From Balanoglossus misakiensis (lineage: Eukaryota > Animalia > Hemichordata), in NCBI GenBank assembly GCA_040954595.2, contig CM082590.2:930001-994000 (forward strand): a stretch of 64,000 nt of DNA, written 5' to 3'. The notes beneath the pieces are model-generated. The model was not told where the DNA came from and ran no database searches. It saw only the letters and a program-made list of their open reading frames with translations. The position numbers and the translations under genes were made by a program. Positions 35,814 through 47,577 of this stretch are shown here, one piece after another. How positions within the stretch are numbered: the first letter of the stretch is position 1; each line of letters opens with the position of its first letter.

Positions 35814-37440
35814 CTGATGAGTAAGTAAGGCAGCAGCAGTATAAGGCATGTGAAGTGGGAAGCTAGCTAAGGTGAAGGTGGGGTGGAGCTCTCCATAAGG
35901 GTGGAGCAGTGTATGCAACCTCATGAACTGACCTGGTTGATGCAACCTGGAAATGACATCAGGAATGTGATTGAGTTTACCAGGAACATAAACTGCTTGA
36001 ATGCTGAAGTTGTAAGAAGCTGAGAGCCAAAATAGAGAACGAAGCACAGACATCATGAATGGATGGCGACATGTCCCCTTATTAAGCATACCCATAGCAG
36101 ACATACTGTCCGTGTGAATTACAACTCTATGATTTGCCCACACAGGTGCCCATCTTTGTGCTGCCACTGCAACAGCCAGCACCTCTTTGTAATTAATATG
36201 TAAGTGTGAAGTAGATGGCCATTCAGCCCACCTGGTGTACACCCAATCCCCCCTAAAATAAGCACCGGCAGCGGTGTTGCTAGCATCTGTATGCACATCA
36301 GTTATAGGGTCTGTATTCAGAATCTTGCAAGTGCCATTAAAATGTGGTAAAAAGCGAATCCACCAATCAAGATCGGCCGTAAATTCCCTACCGAGGATAA
36401 CTTTATGAGAAGGTTGGCGGAGATTATTAATGCAATCCAGGATGCGACGGAGGAAACTCCTACCTCCGACAATGACCTGACAAGCCCAGTTTAATTTCCC
36501 AGCAAGGGATTGCAGCTGGCGGCGGGATGCACGTGTTTTAGTGCGAAAACAAAGCAGCAATGAATAAAGCTCATGAAGCTTTGGCAGCGGCAAGGCAACA
36601 GTAAAAGCGCGGGTATCAATTTCAATACCTAAAAATACAAGCCGTTGAGTGGGTCCCTCAACCTTACCCCAAGCAATAGCAAACCCTAACTTACGAAGCA
36701 ATGAAATAAGGGTGTTCAGGGCAATTTGGCACTCCTGGTAAGTATCTGCAACAATGAGGAAATCGTCAAGGTAGACCACTAAACAATCATAACTCTTGCG
36801 ACGCATCATCCTACGCACAGCTTGGGTGAGACGGTGAAAAATGATGGGGGCCTTTTTGGCTCCAAATGGGAGCCTCGTGTCAAACATATAAGTAGCCTCT
36901 TGCATGTTAGAAATGGTCCATGTCAACCCAGTAGCCCTATAATTAGATGGATGGATACGGACAGACCTGTATGCAGACTGCAAATCCACCTTAGCTAGAA
37001 AGGACCCTGGCTTAAATAATTTGGTGGCCTCCCCAAAGGTTTGGAAGGAAAACGAAGGTTTAGTTGCATAGTCGTTGACTGCAAAATTGGGCGGTTGACT
37101 GCAATCATGAATCAGCCTAATATCTGGCGAGTTTTGTTTGGGAATGGCCCCCAGTGCGCTTATAATAGTTGGTTTGTCAGATGTGACCTCATAACGACCT
37201 TCACTCAACTCAACCAAAATTTGTTCCTCCACTGCATCACGAAATGAGGGGTCCGTTGCAGATTTGTAATTATTTGTCTCAGCAGGGCGGATATTAGAAC
37301 CAGGATCGACAATGCAGAAACCATGTTCAATCCCGTCCAGAATAAAATCTTTGTCTGGGTCATTGGGGCAAATTTCATTAACCCAGGCTTCATAACGTAA
37401 GGCTGATGGGAAGGGAGGAGGGGTTGGCAGGTCAGTTACC
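35682..37440 (-). CDS. pol: DIRS-type RT/RNase H (frame open upstream of the listed GTG, no ATG there)
   Basis: RLIHDCS, KVDLQSAYR, LPFGAK, VYLDDF, FLGIEID, TDASN, HINYKE, PDVISR. Confidence 0.92.
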
Positions 37441-38105
37441 CTTGAAGTGGCTTGTTCTCGCTCTTTGGTTCCCCCCTGACAAGTTTGGGTGGTTGATTTT
37501 GGAATGGCCCTTTTTGCAATCCAAACATATATGACTGTAATTACATTTTACCCCAAACTTGCAATCCCCTTTATTGTAACCGATACAAATGGGTTGTCCT
37601 GTCTTGACATCAACGGGCGCCGCAGAGGTAGACTTACCATTTTGACCTGATATGACCCCCGTGCTTTGTTTTGCACTGCCCCTTTTTCCCTCAAATACAC
37701 AGTGGATAAATGTTGGGAGTCAGTTCCCCATGGTAAATTATAGGCCGCTTGTAGTTTGCGGAACTCCCGATCATAATGCAAAACAGACACCCATTCGTAT
37801 CGGTCTGCCAGTTGACACACTTTAATGGTGTATGCTAAATACTCTTGCACTTGAGTAAGGTTGTAACTGTGCTTTGAAATGAGTTCGTACAAAATGCGAG
37901 AGTTGGCCTCAGACCATTGCTGAGGGGTCACCGACCCTAATTTGGGTTTTGATGGACCCGATTCAAACACCAGTTTGTTTTCCCCCGCTCCAAAGGCCAG
38001 CACTTGTTGGTCGACCTTAGCCTGGAGGGAGCTTGGTACATAGTCAACAATGTCATAAAATTTCAAACCTGCCATGGACGCCAGTTTTAAATACACCATG
38101 GGTTC
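37432..38105 (-). pseudogene. gag: DIRS gag, C-terminal part
   Basis: YDIVDYV, VTPQQWSEAN, YEWVSVLHYDREFRKLQA...WG. A Cys/His finger (CIGYNKGDCKFGVKCNYSHICLDC) lies in a shifted frame. Confidence 0.85.
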
Positions 38106-38599
38106 TGTTGTGATTGCCGATGTCTCACCTGAGTGCGTCTAATCTACGGTTTCTAAAGGTCTTTTGGGAGGTCAGTCAAAGCCATGCTGCTCAATCTGAA
38201 GCATAGCAGAAAGAGAACGAACTACTTCCGCCCAGGGGTGGGTAGGGTCAGTGACGTCATGGGCAGATTCACAACACTCTTCCCCACCATATGTTTGAAG
38301 GGCGTCGTCTTCTTCCCCCAAAACACCGGGGGATAACACAACATTGAACACAACAATAACAAAAATAGAAAAATAGAATGTCCAGCTGGGCTTTACTGAG
38401 TATGCCCCACTGGTCGGCCTGTTTGTTTCTTTTCCCCTTTTCTGACAAAAATTCCCTCCAGCTGGGCTTTAAAAGATATGCCCCACTGGTCGTTTGCTGA
38501 ATTTAAATTCCCCAGTTAGTTCCCGTCCTTCCCTTATATTTGGCCTTTCGGGTAAAACCCCTGGTACCCCCATCCCAAACAGTAGCCGTAGGCTCCCAA

Positions 38600-38975
38600 A
38601 ATCCCCACCAACATCAGGGCCAGGGCATGGACATCACTGGCGGGTGAATCCTTCCTCGCGCCTCTGATGTGGAGTATTACTGGCTTATCTTCTGGTGCCT
38701 CTTCAAACAGCTGTTGGAGGGCTTCCTCCTGTTGGCCCCATTCGTGGACGGGCACGGTTCTGTCAAGACCTATCTCGCCCATGGCCGCTACCAGGGGATG
38801 AGTTACCAGTCCACGAATCTGCGGCCTCAGCTCCCCTTCAGTTTCTTTATCTTTTTGGGGTGAAGCCCGACCGCCACGTTCCACCCCGGCTCCCTAAGCA
38901 GGAGGTGGTGACACCTTCGCTTCGGTGAGCCTGGGCTCTCATGCGGTCCGGGTGGAAGTGGGCGTCTATAGCCTG
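38600..38975 (-). pseudogene. tatD: TatD-family nuclease, N-terminal half, frameshifted
   Basis: Ordered motifs IDAHFH, AVGLHP, MGEIGLD and PVILHIR across frames. Confidence 0.8.
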
Positions 38976-39971
38976 GGATAGCCCCCTGGCTGGTGACGCC
39001 GCACTTGGTCGTCTCACTTCTGGGCTTCCGGCGCTTGCTTGGGACTGTTTCCCTGCAATTGGCCAGAAGGACGTTTTCTCACGGGGCTGTGGTCGTGGTG
39101 CCGCTGGGGCTTCCACTGCTGATTTCTTTCCAGATGGGGGCCCTTCCACTGTCCCCGAGAGGACAGGTGGCCTCTCTTGGCTTGCTTTCTCAGGTGGCCT
39201 CCCCTGCTCATCCTCTGACGGCCTTTTCCCCATCCTCTCCACCGATGCCGACTCCACTCGAGGGCGGGATCCCGCGGATTTCCAGCGCCTGCTCGAATGG
39301 CTTCTCTTCCTCCTGCTGCTGATGGTGGTTGTCGAGGACGCAGTGCGAGTCGGGTTTGGTAAATGTCTCGCTGGCCTTAGGATCAGTCGTCTGGGCAATG
39401 TAACCTTTGCCACTTTCCCTTTCGTCCCTTGCCGACCATATGTCATGTGTACACTTTCACCCCCAAACCGCAACTGATTTCTTCGCATATCTAGGATCAC
39501 TCTCCTTGTCCGCATAAAGTCTGCCCCTAGCAACATGTCATCACCTATCGGCGCTACATACACGTCCTCTGTGAATTTGGTCTTCCCCAACTTCAGGCGC
39601 AAGGGACCTTTATGGGCTTTCATTTCCATTTCACTCCCTGCAGTTTGCATGATGGTGGTTTTGAGTACTGGGGGGTGGTTCCCAAGACGGCTATAGAGAC
39701 GGTCTGAAATGATGGGGACTGCCGTGTCTACTACTGCCTGTACTTTAATCTCTTCAACTGCAATGGGCACACTGTACATAGACCCTGACACTAATTGACA
39801 TAAAGTTATGGGCTGGGTGTCATCACCGCTGGGGGATTCATTCGCTGTGAATTCATCAGTGTCCGGATTCGGGGAATCATACTCCTGTTCGTCCAAAGAC
39901 TCCCCTGACGAGTTGTACTGTTTGTCGGTTCGTGCATCCCTAGGGTGTAGATAGAACCCGTGCCCTTGCAA
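38847..39971 (-). CDS. Retroviral-type aspartic protease fused (by deletion) to a low-complexity linker and the TatD start
   Basis: AVVDTAV active site, MLLGADFM; then an abrupt switch to a Ser/Arg/Pro-rich linker. Confidence 0.8.
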   Translation of the reverse strand: MQGHGFYLHPRDARTDKQYNSSGESLDEQEYDSPNPDTDEFTANESPSGDDTQPITLCQLVSGSMYSVPIAVEEIKVQAVVDTAVPIISDRLYSRLGNHPPVLKTTIMQTAGSEMEMKAHKGPLRLKLGKTKFTEDVYVAPIGDDMLLGADFMRTRRVILDMRRNQLRFGGESVHMTYGRQGTKGKVAKVTLPRRLILRPARHLPNPTRTASSTTTISSRRKRSHSSRRWKSAGSRPRVESASVERMGKRPSEDEQGRPPEKASQERPPVLSGTVEGPPSGKKSAVEAPAAPRPQPREKTSFWPIAGKQSQASAGSPEVRRPSAASPARGLSQAIDAHFHPDRMRAQAHRSEGVTTSCLGSRGGTWRSGFTPKR

Positions 39972-39978
39972 TGTATTG

Positions 39979-41421
39979 TCAGTGTGGGTATCTAAAGTGG
40001 CCTGACCCCTCTTCTCGGATTTTGGTACAACCCTTGGTGTCAGTGCGTGTTATCACCCTGTCAATTCCATTTCCTCCCTCCTTCACTTTGGGATCATCTC
40101 TTCTGAGTATTGGGCCCTTTGGTGGCTCCTGGGTCAAACTTAGGCCCTCTGGTCTGACCCTTTCCCGCTGCTCAGCGAATGTTACCCGTTTCTCCCCGGA
40201 ATCTGAGGTTACTATTTCCCTTCCCTTGGGGCAATCCCTATGGAAGTGTCCAGATTCCCCACAGTTAAAGCATTCCCGTCCCCTAGGGGAGGGTGACCGA
40301 GACCGGCCTGCCTCGCGTGGGGATAGGGCAACCACTGTCTTTCTCAAACTCTCTAAAGCTCCGGCCACTTCAGTCATTTGTTCTCTAAGGGTATTTATCC
40401 CGCGACTGGGACTCGGGTTACGTGGGGTTCGAAACCTCTCCCGCGAGCCTGTTCCGCCGTCGGTGGGTGATAAATCCCGATCTCTGGGGGGTCGCTCCCG
40501 AGTGGCTGATCGCACGCGTATGAACTCGCCGTCGCTATCTGTCTCCGATGTTACTCGTTTTAATTCCCGACGTGAGGTTCGGCGGCCGAAGATCTCGCGA
40601 TTGTTATATTGGAACCAACGTATTTTGTCTATGGCCTCTTCCATGAAGGATGCGCGTTGGTTAGCAACGTAAAGTCCTGCCTCGCGATCGGAGCATCCCT
40701 GACAAAACCTCATTATTGCCTGACGGTCCATAGCGCGTTCCGTCAGATCGGGGAAAGCGTTTGTCGCGAGGGACAGGATTCGATCGGCCCATTTTTCGAG
40801 TGACTCCCCTTCTTTCTGATGGGACTGCTGAAATCTAATCTGCGCGGTCTCTGGTAGTTCTTGGCGCCCAAAACGCTTTTCAAGCTTACTGATCAGCCGC
40901 TGGTAGCTGATATTTCGCTCGCGCCTGAGCAGTGTCGAGTGAAATTTGCTGGCGTCGCCGTCTAAGCAAAAGCACAAGCAACATTTTCGTTCGCTTTCCG
41001 TCCAACCCTGGGCATCCGCGTAACTGGTGAATTTATCAAAAAACACGCTCCATTTCCTCTCCCCATCACTTTTGCTAGCCCGCTCTGAAACTGGGATTTC
41101 GGGTGGCCCCTGGAATTTCCCCGTTTTGCGTGTATTTCTACAGGCCGGTGTTTGCCGGTCCTCATCACTACTACTACTGTACCTTATTTCATAGGACACC
41201 ATTTCGTGAAATTCAGGTGTGAGCCTGAGATGAGGGATTTCCCCTAATATTTCTTTTGACACCCTCCCGTATCTATTTCTGGCTCTCAAGATTGCCTTTG
41301 CCACTTTCTTACCTACCCCTGGCAAGGTCTTAAGGGTCATGTGGTCACATGTGTTGATATAAACTGGACCACTGGAGGCCCTCATGATGTGATCTATTGG
41401 CCCTTTAAACACACTAATCAT
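39979..41421 (-). CDS. gag: Gypsy gag with N-terminal ComEA-like helix-hairpin-helix and CCHC knuckle
   Basis: VYINTC...LKTLPGVGKKVAKAILRAR; capsid-like LEKRFG, QKEGESLEKWADRI, FCQG; CFNCGESGHFHRDC. Confidence 0.88.
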   Translation of the reverse strand: MISVFKGPIDHIMRASSGPVYINTCDHMTLKTLPGVGKKVAKAILRARNRYGRVSKEILGEIPHLRLTPEFHEMVSYEIRYSSSSDEDRQTPACRNTRKTGKFQGPPEIPVSERASKSDGERKWSVFFDKFTSYADAQGWTESERKCCLCFCLDGDASKFHSTLLRRERNISYQRLISKLEKRFGRQELPETAQIRFQQSHQKEGESLEKWADRILSLATNAFPDLTERAMDRQAIMRFCQGCSDREAGLYVANQRASFMEEAIDKIRWFQYNNREIFGRRTSRRELKRVTSETDSDGEFIRVRSATRERPPRDRDLSPTDGGTGSRERFRTPRNPSPSRGINTLREQMTEVAGALESLRKTVVALSPREAGRSRSPSPRGRECFNCGESGHFHRDCPKGREIVTSDSGEKRVTFAEQRERVRPEGLSLTQEPPKGPILRRDDPKVKEGGNGIDRVITRTDTKGCTKIREEGSGHFRYPH

Positions 41422-42256
41422 TAACTATACACTCCCTCACACTCGAGACAACAAGTAGGGTTTACACGAGTGAACCCTTTAAAGAATAATCTCAATCACA
41501 CAAAAGCTCACTCCCACACAAAAAGAAACTTCTACGCGTACAGAAAAGTTCTGCGCATGTGCCGACCGATACAGAAGCCCAGGGGGGTGTTTTGCACTGA
41601 CCTGCGTTAACAGATCCCGTGAGGAGTACGGTGCCCAGAGTGCTTACACATCCCTAAACTTCGCTATTCTTACAAGAGAAAGCTTCTGCGCATGCGCCGA
41701 CCGCTGCACCCCAAACACGTTTTTGGAATGAGGACCCTCTAACAATAGAAACATGTGCCAAGATGGCGGCCGAATTTCCGCCCACGCGGTAGTGGGGAAA
41801 AACACAGAAAATTGACTCAAACTACCTCCGAAACCCCGGTACCTACCCAGTACCGTCCCTAACTTCGCTAAAAAATCGCCGCGGTCCCCGAGAGTTTGCC
41901 CAGTGTCTTCTGGCGCCGGCAATCCCCGATATCCCGTTTTTCCTATGCCCAGAAAAACCCCACGTCGCACCCGGACGCAATCGCTGGATTCCGACTACGC
42001 AGAAACACCACTCTCCCTCCCCCGCGTATAAAAAAAAAACGTTTCCCCGCACAAGGCTCGAACACAGGCTCGCAGCGCCAATGTTGTGATTGCCAATGTC
42101 TCACCTGAGTGCGTCTAATCTACGGTTTCTAAAGGTCTTTTGGGAGGTCAGTCAAAGCCATGCTGCTCAATCTGAAGCATAGCAGAAAGAGAACGAACTA
42201 CTTCCGCCCAGGGGTGGGTAGGGTCAGTGACGTCATGGGCAGATTCACAACAGTTC

Positions 42257-42491
42257 TAAGTTCATGCGCTGAGTGGGTTCAGGTCATTGTTCAGTGGTCC
42301 CGCATTGATATTCAACGCCTGAAGCAGCGAGTCCAGTCCAACTTCTCCTCGAATTGCCTGTTGTGCCTGTTCGGAGTCGACGGTCTTCGCGCTCGCTGAA
42401 CTGGCTTTGTGGGAGTCTGATGTACTGGGGGCCGCCATGTTGACTGTGTGTTGTTGTCCGGCCGCCGTCTGCGAGGGCGCACGGTTCCGGT
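42257..42491 (-). pseudogene. gag: DIRS gag, middle fragment between the two insertions
   Basis: In frame with 50500-50880 after removing the Ginger element and one TSD (ADR-NRAPSQT...GLDSLLQAL). Confidence 0.7.
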
Positions 42492-43628
42492 TGTATCACC
42501 CCAATATGTAATAATTAACCCAATATGTAATACTAACCCAATATGTAATAACACTTTAACCCAATATGTAATACTAACCCAATATGTAATAACACCTTAA
42601 CCCAATATGTAATACTAACCCAATATGTAATAACACCTTAACCCAATATGTAATAAACTTGAATTCTACATGAAATAACGTTAATTCTACATGAAAAAAA
42701 ACGTTATTAGTTAACCCTATATGTAATAAACGTTAATTCTACATGAAATAACGTTAATTCTACATGAAATAACGTTAATTCTACATGAAAAAAAACGTTA
42801 TTAGTTAACCCTATATGTAATAAACGTTAATTCTACATGAAATAACATTAATTCTACATGAAATAACGTTAATACTACATGAAAAATACGTTATTAGTTA
42901 ACCCTATATGTAATAAACGTCAACCCTAAATGTAATAAACTTGAATTCTACAAGAAATAACGTTAATTCTACATGAAATAACGTTAATACTACATGAAAA
43001 ATACGTTATTAGTTAACCCTATATGTAATAAACGTTAACCCTATATGTAATAAACTTGAATTCTACATGAAATAACGTTAATTCTACATGAAATAACGTT
43101 AATACTACATGAAAAATACGTTATTAGTTAACCCTATATGTAATAAACGTTAACCCTATATGTAATAAACTTGAATTCTACATGAAATAACGTTAATTCT
43201 ACATGAAATAACGTTAATACTACATGAAAAATACGTTATTAGTTAACCCTATATGTAATAAACGTTATCCCTATATGTAATAAACTTGAATTCTACATGA
43301 AATAACGTTAATTCTACATGAAATAATGTTAATACTACATGAAAAAAACGTTATTAGTTAACCCTATATGTAATAAACGTTATCCCTATATGTAATAAAC
43401 TTTAACCCAATATGTAACACTAACCCAATATGTAATAACACTTTAACCCAATATGTAATACTAACCCAATATGTAATAACACTTTAACCCAATATGTAAT
43501 ACTAACCCAATATGTAATAACACCTTAACCCAATATGTAATACTAACCCAATATGTAATAACACCTTAACCCAATATGTAATACTAACCCAATATGTAAT
43601 AACACCTTAACCCAATATGTAATAACAC
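42492..43628 (+). repeat. Left TIR: arrays of 18-23-bp units
   Basis: AACCCAATATGTAATA(CT/ACACCTT), AATTCTACATGAAATAACGTT, AACCCTATATGTAATAAACGTT. Confidence 0.95.
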
Positions 43629-45086
43629 TGCCCTTATGTGTTTGAATATGTAAAATTAACCCAATAGAGTTGAAGTAAAACTGAAGTCTTTATAAAAGTT
43701 GTGAAATCAAGTTGTGTACGCATGCGTGGCATCAACATATTGTCTCAGATGGAAGCTTCCAGACATATACAGAGAATACCCAGGACACATAAATGACATG
43801 GAAAATTTCCAAATTTTAGACAGAGAATCTGATGTATTAATGAAGCCATATACATCAGGACACTTCAACCCTCACTTGTAGACATGGGGGCAGGGGGGGG
43901 GGGGTTACACTTTACCATCCGTGCACACTACTTGCCCGTCAAAAGTGAAACAGATCCTGATATTGAACGCCTTACGCGTCAAGTATACCTTTCTTAACAA
44001 TAAGAAGTGTGCAAGCATCTTTAACACCAGCGTTAGATCTGAACACCCTTGTACACATCAAATAGATTGCTCGGCCTTATTGCGTTCAATATCTGTTTCA
44101 TCTCGTTGATGGCTTAATTACGCTCACATACGAACGAAATTAACAAGACAAACAAACACATTTTTAACATTTTTAATCCTGAAAATATAGTTTTATAAAC
44201 AAAAACACATCAAATTGTCAACGTCAACATCAACAATAATCTTTAACAAAAAGTTTTTGAATAAAAATTGCAAGAATTACAACTGACCATGAATGAACAT
44301 TTAACACACAATAGCTTTTTTCTATATATTAAAAAATATTTTTTTTCTGGAAACCTATGTTATTGGACATGCTGAGGCATGAGGAAGAGCCTGTTGATCG
44401 TATCTAAACATGTACATATAAACTTGTAAAATATAAATAAACGCGTATCCAAAACGTCTTGGATAAAACATATAAATAAACAAACCAAGATTTGAATAGC
44501 CCGACCTTTGAGGTCACCTTATGTTTTTAGGTTTTGATTGGTTGGTAGCATCACCCTTGACCTTTTCCATAATAACACCTGATTCAAAAAGGAACTAGAT
44601 ACATGGAAGGTGTTTCTGTTGAATATCTTACTGTGAGACAAAAATAACACCATATAGTCAGGTAATTCCTCTAAATAAATTGGTCAAATGCGTTTTAGGG
44701 CAAAACCTTGTCACTGGCAAAATAGATCCTGTTGCAGCTATTAGTCTTTTAAATACAAATAGAGAATACAAACTATTATCTAATATATAAATTCAACCCT
44801 AAAATAAATTCAATTTATCAAATATCAAATTTGAACTAAAACGAAGGTTCATCTATGCAGGTCAACAGTAACTTAGTAGTAAATTTAAACTATATCTTCC
44901 CTGCATAATCCACCTTCAACATACGTGAGACAACATCCTTTGGTCACGTCGTATTTCTGCACGTGACTCGTCCGAGTTTGGAGTGAAAGCTGTTTTGTTT
45001 CTCCGTGAAAGAATCTTTGTTTAATATTATGCAGTGAAGATACAGTTTAAATTTACTACTTTGATACTTTCAAGAACTTGAGGTAG

Positions 45087-47315
45087 TCAATATCTTTTAC
45101 CATTCCTCCAAATGATCTCCCTCACATACATCAAATCGTGTTTGCCTGTGAAAAGGATATTCACCCATGCATTAAACCACATGTTACTATTTATGATTTG
45201 CCTTAGTCTTAAGACTAAGCCACTGCCTCGACCAAAGTCACGACATATTTGTCTCATGCTGTGAAAGCCGGCGTATGTGTCTTGGTTGTAACTAATTTGT
45301 GGTAATCTATTTATAAACGTGGACGTTAACCTCTGAAATCTTGTATTTATTGCAAAAAGTGACCCGAACGTATCCACTATTGTACGATTATTTCCTGTTA
45401 AGGAAAAGCTAATTATCATTTCGAGGACTTCATCTGGCATGGACTGCAAGTCCGGACGTGTGGTTTTCTGATTATAGATTACGTTTTCATGTCTTTGTTC
45501 TGTATTTATTTCGGAGGCTTGTTCATCTGAACTAATCTCCTGTGAAGGTTGCTTTTCGATCGTCTCTTCGTGCCGGGATTGGCCTGATTCAGAATCGGTG
45601 TGGTCAGTATTATAAACGGCGAGGTGTTGTGGGTCATTTGGTGCTAAATTAACGTAATGCATGCCATTACACTCGGAAAAATGGCCAAGATAGATGCGAC
45701 CTACAGGTTGTGAATACTGTGACCTTATGATGGTTCTTGCTTCGGGACTGAGAGTTGATATAACAATTATCTCAACTTGGTAGAGGTTTGCTGCTGTTTG
45801 TAATGTTAGGTGATCACCGTAAGTTGAATCCCTGGCCATATCGGCAAGATAATCCGACCAAGAAATGGCAGTAAAAAGCTCTAGTGGAGTACCATCTATC
45901 GCAGTTGGATTACGTGTCAAATGTTCAACAATATCCTGACGAAGACTCGCGTGAGACCTGTGTATTCCCATACTTTGCAGAGCGAATGCAAGGGCTGAAA
46001 ATTGACAGTTACCATCTGCATCTGGATCGAAAGTTATCGTATACCCCTGACTAGAAAAAGCTTCATCATTGCTATTACGATGAAGTGGAATGTAATACAT
46101 TTTGCGATGTCTTGCCTTTCTTTTCCTGTTTGTGTTGACCATTTTTCGTTTCTTAGCAATTTCTTTCTTGTGTCTTTCCTCTTCAACAGTCAAACTTGTC
46201 ATATCTTGGACCGAAATCCAGGATATTCGACGAATGCTGCTGATTGGATCTTTATAAGTAACCTTGTATCGAGATATTCGTAGATTTCGCTTCAAAATCT
46301 TTGCCTTCACGACGAATTGTCGTTTTGGTACTCTACGTCCCGTTCGTGAAAATGGGTATCTTATAAGGACAGACTCACCCACCGAATAGACAGATAATTG
46401 AGTCCTCTTCATCTTTCTATCAATATATCTCTGGTCCCAAACATGTGATGTCGCCTTTGTCCTGGCTCTTATGTCAGAGACACGTGTCAAGTAGTTTTCA
46501 ACGTCACCATCTCTAGGACCAACATCCGAATCACGTCGAGTAAGGCTCTCAGTGGGGCACATACCACCAGGGTGCCGCTGTGTAACACAATTTGACTTTC
46601 TACCATAGAATACTTCAAATGGAGAGCGATTGCCTAGTATTTCCATTGGTTCGTCGTTCAAGAGCCTTTGATAATCTTTCAGTGTCCTGACCCAATTGAC
46701 TCCTCTTGACCTAACAAGAAGGTCGTACATGATTTTCTTTCGAAGGGATCGATGAGACCTTTCTACTTTCCCCTGTGACTGAGGGTGGTAAGGAGAGCTT
46801 CGTACAATTTTGACCCCCATTGTATTGCATAGTTGCTCTACAGCCTTTCTAAACTCGCCACCGTTATCACATTGTAATACTCGGGGAGTGCCTACCTCAC
46901 TGTACAGTGTATATAGTGTTTCTGCAACCTGTTTACTGCGTTTACCTGTCAGTGGTCTGAGCCATAGAAATCTACTAAATACATCTTGTACGCTAAGAAT
47001 GTATTTGTACGTTTTACCGTTCATTTCAATGGAACATGTCTGCATGTTGACGAGGTCGACTTGATGGCGGACCTAAATGAGAAAATTTTGTAAATAGATT
47101 ATTTTTAACCGTTTTCATAATCAGCAATCAGCTTTTCATAGAAACATGGAGAGATAAAAATTAAGAAACAGGCATACATACATACACACATACATACACA
47201 CATACATACATACATACATACATACATACATACATACATACATACATACATACATACATACATACATACATACATACATACATACATACATACATGAACG
47301 TAAGCACGCACGTAC

Positions 47316-47346
<31 letters not shown>

Positions 47347-47472
47347 TGTATGTATGTATGTATGTATGTATGTATGTATGTATGTATGCATGCATGCATG
47401 CATGTATGTATATGTATCTATCTATCCATCTATATATCTATCTATCTATCTATATATCTGTCTATCTATCTA

Positions 47473-47507
<35 letters not shown>

Positions 47508-47512
47508 TTCTG

Positions 47513-47577
<65 letters not shown>

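Larger units (their letters stand above)
38106..42252 (-). mobile_element. Internally deleted Gypsy-type LTR retrotransposon (gag, protease, TatD remnant; no RT/RH/IN)
   Basis: 171-bp LTRs TGTTG..CAACA (38106-38276, 42082-42252; 1 mismatch), GTTC TSD (38102-38105, 42253-42256), tRNA-Ser-like PBS TGGCGCTGCGAGC (42068-42080), PPT GGTGGGGAAGAGAG. Confidence 0.95.

Noticed and set aside
38941-40672. Long plus-strand ORFs (38941-39477, 39971-40672)
   Set aside because: Antisense shadows of the GC-rich gag/linker ORFs.
38534-41421. Bacterial contamination (tatD/comEA)
   Set aside because: Both motifs lie inside an LTR element with TSD, PBS and PPT, and the HhH is fused to Gag.
42492-43628. CRISPR-like array
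   Set aside because: Units are head-to-tail with no unique spacers, mirrored at 49381-50499, in eukaryotic context with no cas genes. These are TIR subrepeats.
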